Below, piece by piece: positions 46,713 to 58,429 of a stretch of DNA of 64,000 nt (its first letter is position 1; every line of letters begins with the position of its first letter). The translations under genes were made by a program, and so were the position numbers. The stretch is from Phycisphaerae bacterium (GTDB lineage Bacteria > Planctomycetota > Phycisphaerae > SM23-33). The DNA lies in assembly GCA_011050235.1 (NCBI GenBank), contig DRGC01000051.1:156745-220744 (forward strand). The letters run 5' to 3'. The notes under the pieces are model-generated. The model was not told where the DNA came from and made no database searches. It saw nothing but the letters and a program-made list of their open reading frames with translations.

Positions 46713-47486
46713 ATGCTAGCCATCATCAGTGACATTCATGCCAACATGGAGGCCCTGCAGGCGGTCCTGGACGACATCGCCGCTCGCGATGTCGAGAGCA
46801 TCGTCTGCCTGGGCGACGTGATCGGCTACGGGCCCGAGCCGTGCGAGTGCCTCGAGCTCATCCGCAAGCACGCGTCGGTGACGTTGCTGGGCAACCACGA
46901 CTTCGCCGTGCTGTACGAGCCGGAGAACTTCAACGTCGGCGCCGAAGCCGCCGCCTTCTGGACACGCCAGCAGATCGAGACCGAATCCAGCGACGCCAAT
47001 CGCAGCGCGTGGTGGGAGTTTCTGGGCGCGCTGGAGATGCGGCACGTCAAGGGCAACGGCCAGGCCGACGCCAGCCCGACGGTGTTCGTGCACGGCAGCC
47101 CGCGCCGCCCCGTTAACGAATACATCTTCCCCGACGACGTCTACAACAACGCCTCGAAGCTGCAGGGCCTATTCGACCGGTTCGACCACCTGTGCTTCGT
47201 GGGGCACACGCACGTGCCCGGCGTGTTCGTCGAGACACCCGATTTCTACACCCCTGAAGAACTCGAGTACGTCTACGAGATCGACCCGAACCACAAGGCG
47301 TTGATCAACGTCGGATCGGTCGGCCAGCCGCGAGACCGCGACAACCGCGCCAGCTACGTGCTGTACGAGCCGGACGCGGTGCGGTTCATCCGCGTGCCCT
47401 ACGACTACGAAGCCGTCATCGAGAAAGTCCTGCCGATCCCCGAGTTGGACGACTATCTGGGCTTTCGCCTGCGCGAAGGGCGATAA
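46713..47486 (+). CDS. Metallophosphoesterase family protein
   Basis: SDIHAN, CLGDVIGYG, LGNHD, GHTH motifs. ATG 46713; alternative GTG at 46695. Confidence 0.8.
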   Translation: MLAIISDIHANMEALQAVLDDIAARDVESIVCLGDVIGYGPEPCECLELIRKHASVTLLGNHDFAVLYEPENFNVGAEAAAFWTRQQIETESSDANRSAWWEFLGALEMRHVKGNGQADASPTVFVHGSPRRPVNEYIFPDDVYNNASKLQGLFDRFDHLCFVGHTHVPGVFVETPDFYTPEELEYVYEIDPNHKALINVGSVGQPRDRDNRASYVLYEPDAVRFIRVPYDYEAVIEKVLPIPELDDYLGFRLREGR

Positions 47487-47495
47487 GGAGCCGTT

Positions 47496-49697
47496 GTGGA
47501 CCCCAAACGTCTGATCATCATGGTGGCGCTGACCACAGTGTTCGTTGTCGGCCTGTTTTGGTTCACCCAGAAGGACAGGCAGGCCCAACAGCCCGCGGCG
47601 ACGCAACCGGCAACGCAGCCGGCCACCCAGCCTGCCGACCCAGCCGCCAAGCCGCCCGTCGAAGTCGCCGCGCTGCCTGCGCCGCCGGCCGACGCGCCCG
47701 CCCCCAAGCCGCCCGTCGAGAAGCCCGAACCCGCAGCCGCTGCTGCCGAAAGTGCGGCGCCGCCAAAGGCCGCCCAGCCGTGGTCCGGGTTGCCCACGTC
47801 GCAGGACCAGCCCGTCGAGACCGTCTCGATCGGCTCGGTCGCCCACGGGTCGGGCTTTATGTTCCGCGTCGAGTTGACCAACGAGGGGGCCGGCATCCTC
47901 GGCGTCCAGTTGGCCGACCATTTCGTGACCGTCGAGGACAAGCAGCTCTACGCCAGCAACCCCGACAACTACGAGACCGCCCGCCTGAAAGACCCCGACA
48001 AATACAAGGGCCACTACACGCTGCTGACCCCGGTCGCTGCCGGGAGCGACCGGCTGGTCCCGCTGGCGACGCGCCGTCTGTGGGTCCGCATCGTGGGCCG
48101 AACGGATGCTAACGGCCAGCCCGTTGAGATCCGCCTGGCCAGCCTGCACCGCAAGCGATGGGCTCTGACCGAAACCACCCCCACCCACGCCACCTTCACC
48201 TACACGCTGCGCTATGACGGCCAGGACGTCCTGCGAGTCCACAAAACGTTCCACGTTGAGCAAGAAAACTACACCATTGGCGTTTCCTGCCGTCTGGAGA
48301 ATCTCTCCGACGAGCCGTTGCAGGTCCTCACCGGCGCCATCGGCCCGACCTGGCTGCAGCGTGAGGGCGTCCGCGCCGATAACCGCTTCATCGCCTACGG
48401 CCGAATCGTCGGCAAGGATCGCCTCGTCCAGGTCAAGCTCGACAAGGCCGGCACGATCGACAAGAAACTCAAGGCCCGCAGCGAGGCCCCCGTCGACAAG
48501 CGACGCCCGATCCCGGGCACCTCCGATGAGGCCGACCCCGTCGTCTGGGTGGGTGCGACGAACAAATACTTCGCGACGCTTCTGCACCTGAAGTCCCAGA
48601 CCGATGACCGACTCGACGCACCCAAGTGGGCGGCAAACTTTAATGTCGAGGCCAACCGGCGCGAGGACGGATCGCCCGCCTACATCACCTCGGTCCAGAT
48701 CGGCGCCGAGCGCAACAAGGCCGGCGTCGATGTGTGGGGCGTCGCCCTGGCCCCTCGCAGCACGCGCCGGATCACGCTGGACCTGTTCGCCGGGCCCAAG
48801 GACCGGGGTATCTTCTCGAACGAAAAGGACCCCCTGTTCCGCCAGAGCTACGAGCAGTTGGGTTACCTCGACACGATCGACTTCGGCGGGTGTTTCATCA
48901 CGTCGGCGTGGCTGGCGTTTCGGGTGATGTGGCTGCTGAAGATGCTGTCGCACGTGACGCTCGGCAACTACGGGCTGGCAATCTTTGCGTTGGTGTTCAT
49001 CGTTCGCCTGCTGCTGCATCCGCTGACCAAGAAGAGCCAGGTCTCCATGCTCAAGATGCAGAAGATCAACCCACAGATGCAGAAGCTCAAGGAGAAGTAC
49101 GCCGACGACAAGGACACACTCAACAAGGAGATGATGAAGCTCTACCGCGAGCAGGGCGCTACCCCGCTGCTGGGCTGCCTGCCGATGTTCCTGCAGATGC
49201 CGATCTGGATCGCCCTGTACACCGGCATCAGCGCGTCGATCGACCTTCGCCACGCGGGCCTGCTGCCGGTGTGGATTACCGACCTGGCCGCCCCGGATGC
49301 CCTGATCAGCTGGAGCACTCCTGTTTTCCTGATCGGCACGAGCTTTAACCTGCTGCCGATCCTGCTGACGGTGGCGATGTTCTTCCAGACCAAGTTCAGC
49401 CCGCAGATGTCGCAGGCGGCCGCCGACGACAAGGCCAAACAGCAGCAGAAAATGATGCGCTATCTCATGCCGGGCATGATGCTGGTGTTCTTCTACGCGG
49501 CGCCGTCGGGCCTGACGCTCTACATCATGGCCTCCACCGCCGCGGGGCTGTTGGATTCCTACCTCGTCCGCCGCCACATCCGGATGAAAGAGGCCGAGGA
49601 GGCCGCCCGCGAGACCACGATCTCCATGCCGGGCAAACGGTCCCGCAGCAGTCGACCCAAGAAGCCCAAGGGCCCCAACTGGGTCAAGGGCGGCTAA
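47496..49697 (+). CDS. yidC: Membrane protein insertase YidC with a Pro/Ala/Thr/Gln-rich N-terminal linker
   Basis: GTG 47496 after AAGGAG. Has the conserved 60-kDa insertase core LHPLTKKSQVSMLKMQKINPQMQKLKEKY...GCLPMFLQMPIW. The N-terminus contains ATQPATQPATQP. Confidence 0.9.
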   Translation: MDPKRLIIMVALTTVFVVGLFWFTQKDRQAQQPAATQPATQPATQPADPAAKPPVEVAALPAPPADAPAPKPPVEKPEPAAAAAESAAPPKAAQPWSGLPTSQDQPVETVSIGSVAHGSGFMFRVELTNEGAGILGVQLADHFVTVEDKQLYASNPDNYETARLKDPDKYKGHYTLLTPVAAGSDRLVPLATRRLWVRIVGRTDANGQPVEIRLASLHRKRWALTETTPTHATFTYTLRYDGQDVLRVHKTFHVEQENYTIGVSCRLENLSDEPLQVLTGAIGPTWLQREGVRADNRFIAYGRIVGKDRLVQVKLDKAGTIDKKLKARSEAPVDKRRPIPGTSDEADPVVWVGATNKYFATLLHLKSQTDDRLDAPKWAANFNVEANRREDGSPAYITSVQIGAERNKAGVDVWGVALAPRSTRRITLDLFAGPKDRGIFSNEKDPLFRQSYEQLGYLDTIDFGGCFITSAWLAFRVMWLLKMLSHVTLGNYGLAIFALVFIVRLLLHPLTKKSQVSMLKMQKINPQMQKLKEKYADDKDTLNKEMMKLYREQGATPLLGCLPMFLQMPIWIALYTGISASIDLRHAGLLPVWITDLAAPDALISWSTPVFLIGTSFNLLPILLTVAMFFQTKFSPQMSQAAADDKAKQQQKMMRYLMPGMMLVFFYAAPSGLTLYIMASTAAGLLDSYLVRRHIRMKEAEEAARETTISMPGKRSRSSRPKKPKGPNWVKGG

Positions 49698-49750
49698 AAG
49701 CGGCCTTGCGTAAGTCCGTGTTGCGGCAACAGCCGGCTGGGGGCATCCCA

Positions 49751-49778
49751 ATGCCGAATGCCGAATGTCGAATGTCGA
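49751..49778. repeat. Four tandem heptamers ATGCCGA ATGCCGA ATGTCGA ATGTCGA
   Basis: Read directly from the sequence, immediately upstream of the yidC-distal hairpin. Confidence 0.8.
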
Positions 49779-49799
49779 ACCTGCCTGCGGCAGGCAGGT
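49779..49799. terminator. GC-rich palindromic hairpin downstream of yidC
   Basis: ACCTGCCTGC-G-GCAGGCAGGT, a 10-bp palindrome. No obvious U-tract. Confidence 0.45.
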
Positions 49800-50022
49800 G
49801 CTGAACGGTCGCTGTCCAATGCGTCGGCTCCGCGGAGGCGTGCTTGCCGGTCTTGGCAAAGGGGTCCTCGGTCCAGCGGAAGCATACCTCAGCACATGAG
49901 GTATCGGCCGGTCGCGATGGTCGGGTTCTGATATGCCGGACTCAGGTGGGGGCAACCGGTAAGACCACGACGTCCCCGCCTCCGCGCGCTATGGGCGTCT
50001 GTCCGATGGCAGATGGGGGCGG

Positions 50023-51258
50023 CTATAACGCGCCTGTCTTGGTGATTTCTCGCACGGCGACCGTCGCGTAGCAGCCCGACGGGGCGGTGAATCGAAGTTC
50101 GACGAACTCCCCGCGGTCGTCCCGGCCGGCTGTTGCCGATGGGTCGCCCAGCAGGAACCGCAGAGGCCGGCGGGCGCCCTTGAGCTTGAGTCGCCCGACC
50201 TTCGTGAATAGCTCCAACGTCAGCCCGCTCGCATCGATTGCGCGGCGCTCGATCTCGCCCGGCCGCCCTTCGGCCAGGTCGCAGCGAGTGCCGACGATGG
50301 GACCGGTCGGGCTGATCTGCAGGGCGTCGGCGCGGGGCTGGTCGACCTCGACATCCTCGACCGAAAAGACGCCGCCGGTGTCGGTCTTCTTCGCCAGGTC
50401 GCCGACGAAGACGCGGTCGATCGTGTCGATCCGCGCGGCGACAACGTCGTTGAAGATAGCGCTCTGACAGGCCGATACGAACAGCCGTCTCATGCGTTTG
50501 TCGACCGCGGCCACCGCAGCCGTCGCCTTGTGTCGGCGCTTGAAGGCCGACAGCGCCCGCCGCTCGTTGCCGTAGTGCCTGGGCCAATGCTTCAGGGCCC
50601 CCTCGAGATCGCCCGCATCGAACGCCTCGCGGGCGCCCCGGCAGTCGGGCGGGTCGTCGGGGGCGGGCCTGCCGAGGTATAGCGCCAGAAACTCGTCCAG
50701 ATCGTCGCGCACCAGCGCCGCGCCGAGCAGGTGGGTGTCCATCCGCATGCCGAATCGCTGGTGGCCAAAATAATTCCCCACGCCGCGGCGGGTGAGCGTC
50801 TCGAGAACCGCCTCGGCCGCCGGCAAGGCGCTGCCGCCGACGTTACGGATGCGGATCGCGAAACGATTGCCCTCCAGATGCCCGGGGCGAAGCTTGTTCG
50901 TGTGGCGTGTGACGGTCAGGACCTGCATTTGGCCGTCGCGGTAGCCGGCCAGCGCGTCGGGGTCGGCGTGTTCGAGGCTCAGCCACTGGGTCGCGACGGC
51001 CTGGGCGTCCTTCAGGCCGGCGACGCCGATCTCCGACGGGCGGGTGTTCATGTATCGGGCGATCCGCTCGACGGCCACCGGCGTGGGGATGCCGGCCTTG
51101 CGGATCTGAACATACACGTGCGTGCCTTCGCCACAGGCGGCGTACAGCGGGATCTCGTCGACGCGAAAGTCTTCGACGCAACTCTTGACGCGCCCGCCGA
51201 TGCCGGGCAGATCGGCGGTCAGGTACGGCCAATCGGTCTGCACGCTTATCGCTCCCAC
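50023..51258 (-). CDS. truD: tRNA pseudouridine(13) synthase
   Basis: VEDFRVDEIPLY...GEGTHVYV...GVAGLKDAQAVATQW matches the TruD catalytic-Asp region (GxKD). The GTG start at 51258 overlaps the upstream gene by 13 nt. Confidence 0.85.
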   Translation of the reverse strand: MGAISVQTDWPYLTADLPGIGGRVKSCVEDFRVDEIPLYAACGEGTHVYVQIRKAGIPTPVAVERIARYMNTRPSEIGVAGLKDAQAVATQWLSLEHADPDALAGYRDGQMQVLTVTRHTNKLRPGHLEGNRFAIRIRNVGGSALPAAEAVLETLTRRGVGNYFGHQRFGMRMDTHLLGAALVRDDLDEFLALYLGRPAPDDPPDCRGAREAFDAGDLEGALKHWPRHYGNERRALSAFKRRHKATAAVAAVDKRMRRLFVSACQSAIFNDVVAARIDTIDRVFVGDLAKKTDTGGVFSVEDVEVDQPRADALQISPTGPIVGTRCDLAEGRPGEIERRAIDASGLTLELFTKVGRLKLKGARRPLRFLLGDPSATAGRDDRGEFVELRFTAPSGCYATVAVREITKTGAL

Positions 51259-51797
51259 CGTCGTTCGGCCGTCCCGGCGGATTCATTGGCCAGCCGGGCG
51301 AGCGCAAAGAGCAAATCGCCGAGGCGGTTGACGTACTGCAGCACCACCGGCGGCACGTCGCCCCCGCCGTCGCCGGCGGCCACGATGCGGCGTTCGCTGC
51401 GGCGACAGACGGTACGCGTGATGTGCAGGCGTGAGGCCAATTCCACCCCGCCGGGGGTGACGAACTGCGTCAGTGGCGCCACGCGCTGGCTGGCGGCGTC
51501 GATGGCGGCCTCCAGCCGGTCGACGGATTCGACCTCGATGCGAACGGCCCTGATTGTGACCCCGCCGCCGGCGGCCAGCATCGAACCGATAGCCAACAAG
51601 TCCGTCTGCACCGCCCTGAGCGTTTGGTCGATCGAATCGTGATGTCCGACCGCCGACAGGCACGAGCCGACGTGGCTGTTGAGTTCGTCCAGCGTCCCCA
51701 TCGCTTCCATCAGCGCGTCGCTCTTGCGAACGGCCTGGTCGCCGAGGCTGCGCGTCCACCCGTCATCGCCGGCCTTCGTGTAGATCTTGTCGTTCAT
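51246..51797 (-). CDS. PduO-type ATP:cob(I)alamin adenosyltransferase
   Basis: 183 aa from ATG 51797. Has KIYTKAGDDGWT...MEAMGTLDELNSHVG, the classic PduO-type N-terminus. Confidence 0.85.
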   Translation of the reverse strand: MNDKIYTKAGDDGWTRSLGDQAVRKSDALMEAMGTLDELNSHVGSCLSAVGHHDSIDQTLRAVQTDLLAIGSMLAAGGGVTIRAVRIEVESVDRLEAAIDAASQRVAPLTQFVTPGGVELASRLHITRTVCRRSERRIVAAGDGGGDVPPVVLQYVNRLGDLLFALARLANESAGTAERRWER

Positions 51798-51869
51798 CGG
51801 GCGCCTGCCTTTCCAAACTCGCCGAGTGGCGTATAGAATACGTCCGACCCGCACCCGGCGGCAACAGCC

Positions 51870-54895
<3,026 letters not shown>

Positions 54896-54958
54896 TTGGT
54901 TTTCGATCGGCAATTGCCCATGGCCGAGTCGTGCGATCCTTTCCAGTAATGGCTGGGG

Positions 54959-56119
54959 TCAGCCGAGCAGTTCGGCCAGGCGTTGGAGGACTTGGCCGAC
55001 GACGACTTCCGGGCTGGAGGCGCCGGCGAGGACGCCGATGCGGACAGGGCGCTTCACCGGCAGCCAGTCGCGGGCGATCTCCGGCTTGTTGGCGGCGGCG
55101 TCCAGGGCCAGGATCTCCTCCGCCGAGCGGATCGAATCGGCATCCTCGATGAACCAGGCGGGGGTGTGCTGGGCGGCCAGTTCGAACAGGTGACGCGTGT
55201 TGGACGATCCGTATCCGCCGACGACCACGACCAGATCGACGCCGGATCGGCACAGGTCGATCGCGGAGGCCTGGCGGTCCTGGGTGGCCCGGCAGACGGT
55301 CGGCTCGAATATCAGCCGCTCGTCGGCCTCGGCGGCGCCGTAGCGGGCCACGAGCGCTTCGTGCAGCAGGCGGCGGACCTCGATCGTCTGGTCGTAGAGC
55401 ATGGTGGTCTGGCTGACCTGCGCGATCCGCGCGAACGGCGCGGCAGAGCGGGCATTCGTCGCCGGCGGCGTAAACGCCCGGCCGAACGCCCCGCTGCCGG
55501 CGTCGGTGGCGATCAACTCGCAGAGGCGCCGCGTCTGATCGAGATCGCCGACGACAACGTAGCGCCCGCCGGCGCTTTCCAGGCGACTTTTGGTAACAAT
55601 GGTCTCATCGTGTGCGTCGCGACCGAAGATCACGATCCCGTAGCCGTCACCGACCGCCCGCGTCGCCCAGGCCCACAGGCGGCGCACGTCGCCGCAGGAG
55701 GTGTCGACGATCCGACACCCGATCATCTCGAGATGGCGCTGGATCTGAAGGGGCACGCCGAAGGCGGGGATGACGGCCACGTCGCGGGCCGTCAGGACGG
55801 TCTCGGGGTTGGCCAGCGACTCGCCCGTGAGAATGCGAACGCCGCACTGCTGGACGTAGGCGTTGACCCAGGGGTTGTGGATGATTTCGCCGAGCAGATA
55901 GAGATGCCCGGGGTCCTCGCGGTCGGCGGCGACGGCCTCCTGGAGCATGCTCAGCGCCCGCGTGACACCACGGCAGAACCCAAACACCCGCGGCATGCGA
56001 AGCTCGCCGCCGGGCAGGGCCCACATGCCGCCGGCGGCGCGAACGCGGTCGACGACATCGCTGCCGAAGGCGTCGCCATCAGCGGGCGGGCCGGGCGGAT
56101 CAGGCCGATGGGCCGTCAT
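54959..56119 (-). CDS. ispH: 4-hydroxy-3-methylbut-2-enyl diphosphate reductase with an approx 40-aa N-terminal extension
   Basis: FGFCRGVTRAL, LGEIIHNPWVN, DTSCGDV and PTVCRATQDRQ correspond to the three Cys-containing IspH blocks. ATG 56119 shares its A with the upstream TGA. Confidence 0.85.
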   Translation of the reverse strand: MTAHRPDPPGPPADGDAFGSDVVDRVRAAGGMWALPGGELRMPRVFGFCRGVTRALSMLQEAVAADREDPGHLYLLGEIIHNPWVNAYVQQCGVRILTGESLANPETVLTARDVAVIPAFGVPLQIQRHLEMIGCRIVDTSCGDVRRLWAWATRAVGDGYGIVIFGRDAHDETIVTKSRLESAGGRYVVVGDLDQTRRLCELIATDAGSGAFGRAFTPPATNARSAAPFARIAQVSQTTMLYDQTIEVRRLLHEALVARYGAAEADERLIFEPTVCRATQDRQASAIDLCRSGVDLVVVVGGYGSSNTRHLFELAAQHTPAWFIEDADSIRSAEEILALDAAANKPEIARDWLPVKRPVRIGVLAGASSPEVVVGQVLQRLAELLG

Positions 56120-56895
56120 CACTCGTCGGCCGCCGGAAGGGGCTCAGCCGGCTGAGTGGTCGGCGCGGGCGATCCCGCTGGGGGAGGGCTGTCCCCGGGC
56201 GGCCTGTCAGACCTGCCGGGGTGGCCGCGACCGTCGTCGGGGCCGTCGGCCAGCAGCATTCGCCGCAAATGCTCGCGAACGATCTGGTCGCGCTTCTTCG
56301 CCCGCTCGGCGTTTTCCTTGCGCAGGGTCTGGATCTCCCGCTGCATCGCCGCCAGGCGCTTCTCACGAAGTTCCTGTTCGGCGTTGAACTTCTCGATCAG
56401 GACCTTGCGAAGCTTCCTTTCGATCTGACGTTTCTTCCGGCGATCGCTGGTCTGTCGCCACGTTCGGACCAAATGGTAGGCCTGAATCTTCATCTCGTCA
56501 CGATGGACGGCCGCCTTGCGGGCCTCTTCGGGCAGGTACTTCCACCGCTCGTGCCACCGCCACATCCGCGCCAGGACGCGCTGGTAGCGCTCGGGGTTGT
56601 CCTTGCGCAGCTGCGTGAGTTCCTTGTAGCGCCGCGGGAAACGCCGCTGGACGGATTCGAGCAGTTCCTTTTCCTGTTCGGCCGTCAGGGGCTTCACCGG
56701 CCTGTGGACGTGCGGCCTGGTGCTCGGCTCGGCCGGTTCGACCGCTGCGCCTTCGGCGGGCCCGGCGGGTTGGGTGGTCGCCGCGGGCGGGTCCGTTGGC
56801 TCGGCGGCAGGCGGGTCAGCCGGTGGCTCGGCCATCGCGACGGCCAAGACCGTCAGAACGACCGAAGCGATCACTGCGGACGTGCGTTGAAACAT
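56119..56895 (-). CDS. Secreted coiled-coil protein with an LTxxQ motif (CpxP/Spy-like candidate)
   Basis: Signal peptide MFQRTSAVIASVVLTVLAVAMA at ATG 56895, a Pro/Ala-rich linker, LTAEQEKELL, then a long basic/acidic heptad-like helix. Confidence 0.55.
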   Translation of the reverse strand: MFQRTSAVIASVVLTVLAVAMAEPPADPPAAEPTDPPAATTQPAGPAEGAAVEPAEPSTRPHVHRPVKPLTAEQEKELLESVQRRFPRRYKELTQLRKDNPERYQRVLARMWRWHERWKYLPEEARKAAVHRDEMKIQAYHLVRTWRQTSDRRKKRQIERKLRKVLIEKFNAEQELREKRLAAMQREIQTLRKENAERAKKRDQIVREHLRRMLLADGPDDGRGHPGRSDRPPGDSPPPAGSPAPTTQPAEPLPAADE

Positions 56896-56933
56896 GGTTT
56901 CACCTCGATGGTGCGTTCTCTGCAGACGTGTCA

Positions 56934-57461
56934 TCAGCTTTCTGCCCAGATATCAGGCGGCCCATCCAGCCAAAGTTCGTCCAGTTGTTCCTGGAGGTCC
57001 TCGAGCGCGGCATCGCTATCGTCTTCGGGAAGTTCGACAAGCATCTCGGCCCGCAGACGGTCGAGTTCATCTTCGATCAGGTCCATTTCTTCCGGCCCGT
57101 CGGTCTGGCCGGTGACCTGGACGAACGTCTCCAGCGACATGATCGAAGGGGGACCATTCCCGTTGGAGACGACATGAAAAGTCCACACCATCACCAGCAA
57201 CGCGGCGACCGCGGCGGCCTCGACGCCCGTCAACGCCGCCAGGACCAGCTTGCGGCGGCGGGGTCTGCCCAGCTCGGCTGACAGACGCCGCCGGGCGCGG
57301 GCCATCGCCTCATGTTGACCACGCCCGTCGATGGGCGCATCCAGCAGCAGCTCGTCGCGGCGAATCTCGTCGGCGACGGCGCGCTCAGCGGCCGTCAGCT
57401 CGACGGCCTCGCCGTCCAGCCAGCGGCCAATTCGCTCGTAGTCGGCGTCATATACTTGCAT
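56934..57461 (-). CDS. Anti-sigma factor (single-pass membrane)
   Basis: MQVYDADYERIGRWLDGEAVELTAAE has an N-terminus typical of ECF anti-sigmas. TM helix LVLAALTGVEAAAVAALLVMVW. It overlaps the sigma gene stop. Alternative GTG at 57470. Confidence 0.6.
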   Translation of the reverse strand: MQVYDADYERIGRWLDGEAVELTAAERAVADEIRRDELLLDAPIDGRGQHEAMARARRRLSAELGRPRRRKLVLAALTGVEAAAVAALLVMVWTFHVVSNGNGPPSIMSLETFVQVTGQTDGPEEMDLIEDELDRLRAEMLVELPEDDSDAALEDLQEQLDELWLDGPPDIWAES

Positions 57462-58029
57462 CGGACTCACCCATAACGTTCCGCATGGCCTTCAGCCCGC
57501 GGTGAACCTTCGCCAGCACCGTGCCCAGCGGACAGTGGAACATCTCGGCCAACTCTTTGAAACTCAATTCGCCGAAGTATCTCAGCAGCACCATCTCGCG
57601 CGTCGTCTCCTCCAGCGTGTCCAGGGCTCGCCGCAGGTGCTGCATCCGTTCCTGGGCCACCAGACCGCTGTCGACGGGGTCGCCGTCGCTACCGAATGAA
57701 TCCACCAGGCGACGCCCATATTTATCTTCGGCAGACAGGCTGATGGCCTTGGGCCGGACTTTCGCCCGGCGGATCCGATCGCGAACCATGTTGGCTGCAA
57801 TCCGGAACAGCCAGGGCTCGAATCGGCCCCGGTCATCATAATTCTTCAACTGACGGACGAGCTTCAGCGTCATCTCGCCCAGCAAATCCTCCGCGTCATG
57901 ATGGTTCGTCGTGGCGCGGAAGAAATATCCGTACAGTCGCGGTCCATAGGCCTCCAGCAGCCGCCCGAACGCGTCGTCCGTGCCAGCTTTCGCAGCGGCG
58001 ATCGTCGCCTTCAACTGCTGAGGGTCCAT
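57448..58029 (-). CDS. ECF RNA polymerase sigma factor
   Basis: 193 aa from ATG 58029. Region 2 is FGRLLEAYGPRLYGYFFR...DAEDLLGE...FEPWLFRIAANMVRD. Region 4 is REMVLLRYFGELSFKELAEMFHCPLGTVLAKVHRGL. Confidence 0.85.
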   Translation of the reverse strand: MDPQQLKATIAAAKAGTDDAFGRLLEAYGPRLYGYFFRATTNHHDAEDLLGEMTLKLVRQLKNYDDRGRFEPWLFRIAANMVRDRIRRAKVRPKAISLSAEDKYGRRLVDSFGSDGDPVDSGLVAQERMQHLRRALDTLEETTREMVLLRYFGELSFKELAEMFHCPLGTVLAKVHRGLKAMRNVMGESDASI

Positions 58030-58240
58030 GGTCCACGTTTCGTCTAACGCTTGACGGCAGGCGGTATTGCTCAAGATATCCCATTCCGGCCTAACTTGAC
58101 AAGCGCAATCGCCTCCCAGAGTCACTCCAGGGGCCACCATGCGGAATACAAAGTATAACTTATGTTTGTAACAATATTTACAACACGACCTCCCGCTATG
58201 GCCTCCCGGGCCTGGCGAAGGTTGTTCCCCGGAAAAACCC

Positions 58241-58269
58241 TTAACTTGATCTGTCAGTTGGGGTATAAT
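58241..58269 (+). promoter_or_regulatory. Candidate sigma-70-type promoter for ricT
   Basis: TTAACT (58241-58246), 17 nt, TATAAT (58264-58269), inside an AT-rich divergent region. The palindrome TTGTAA-N6-TTACAA lies about 60 nt upstream. Confidence 0.5.
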
Positions 58270-58429
58270 TGCTTTCGTGGAGTTGCTGCTGCCGTCGAAG
58301 CGGGTGTGGCTCCGCCGGTCGCGTTCGGACCGACGCCGACAGGCGTATGGAACCCGGTGACGGGCCGGGACCCGAAAACCGATTGTGCCCCGCGGGCCGC
58401 CGCGGATTTGTGAATCCGGAGTTGCACCC

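Noticed and set aside
47169-49955. 928-aa minus-strand ORF antisense to yidC
   Set aside because: It is a low-complexity Arg/Gly/Val/Asp-rich translation, whereas the plus strand encodes a textbook YidC core. Similar shadow ORFs were rejected at 8122-9633, 19674-21215, 27847-29280, 37290-39050, 41127-42752, 52418-53272 and others.
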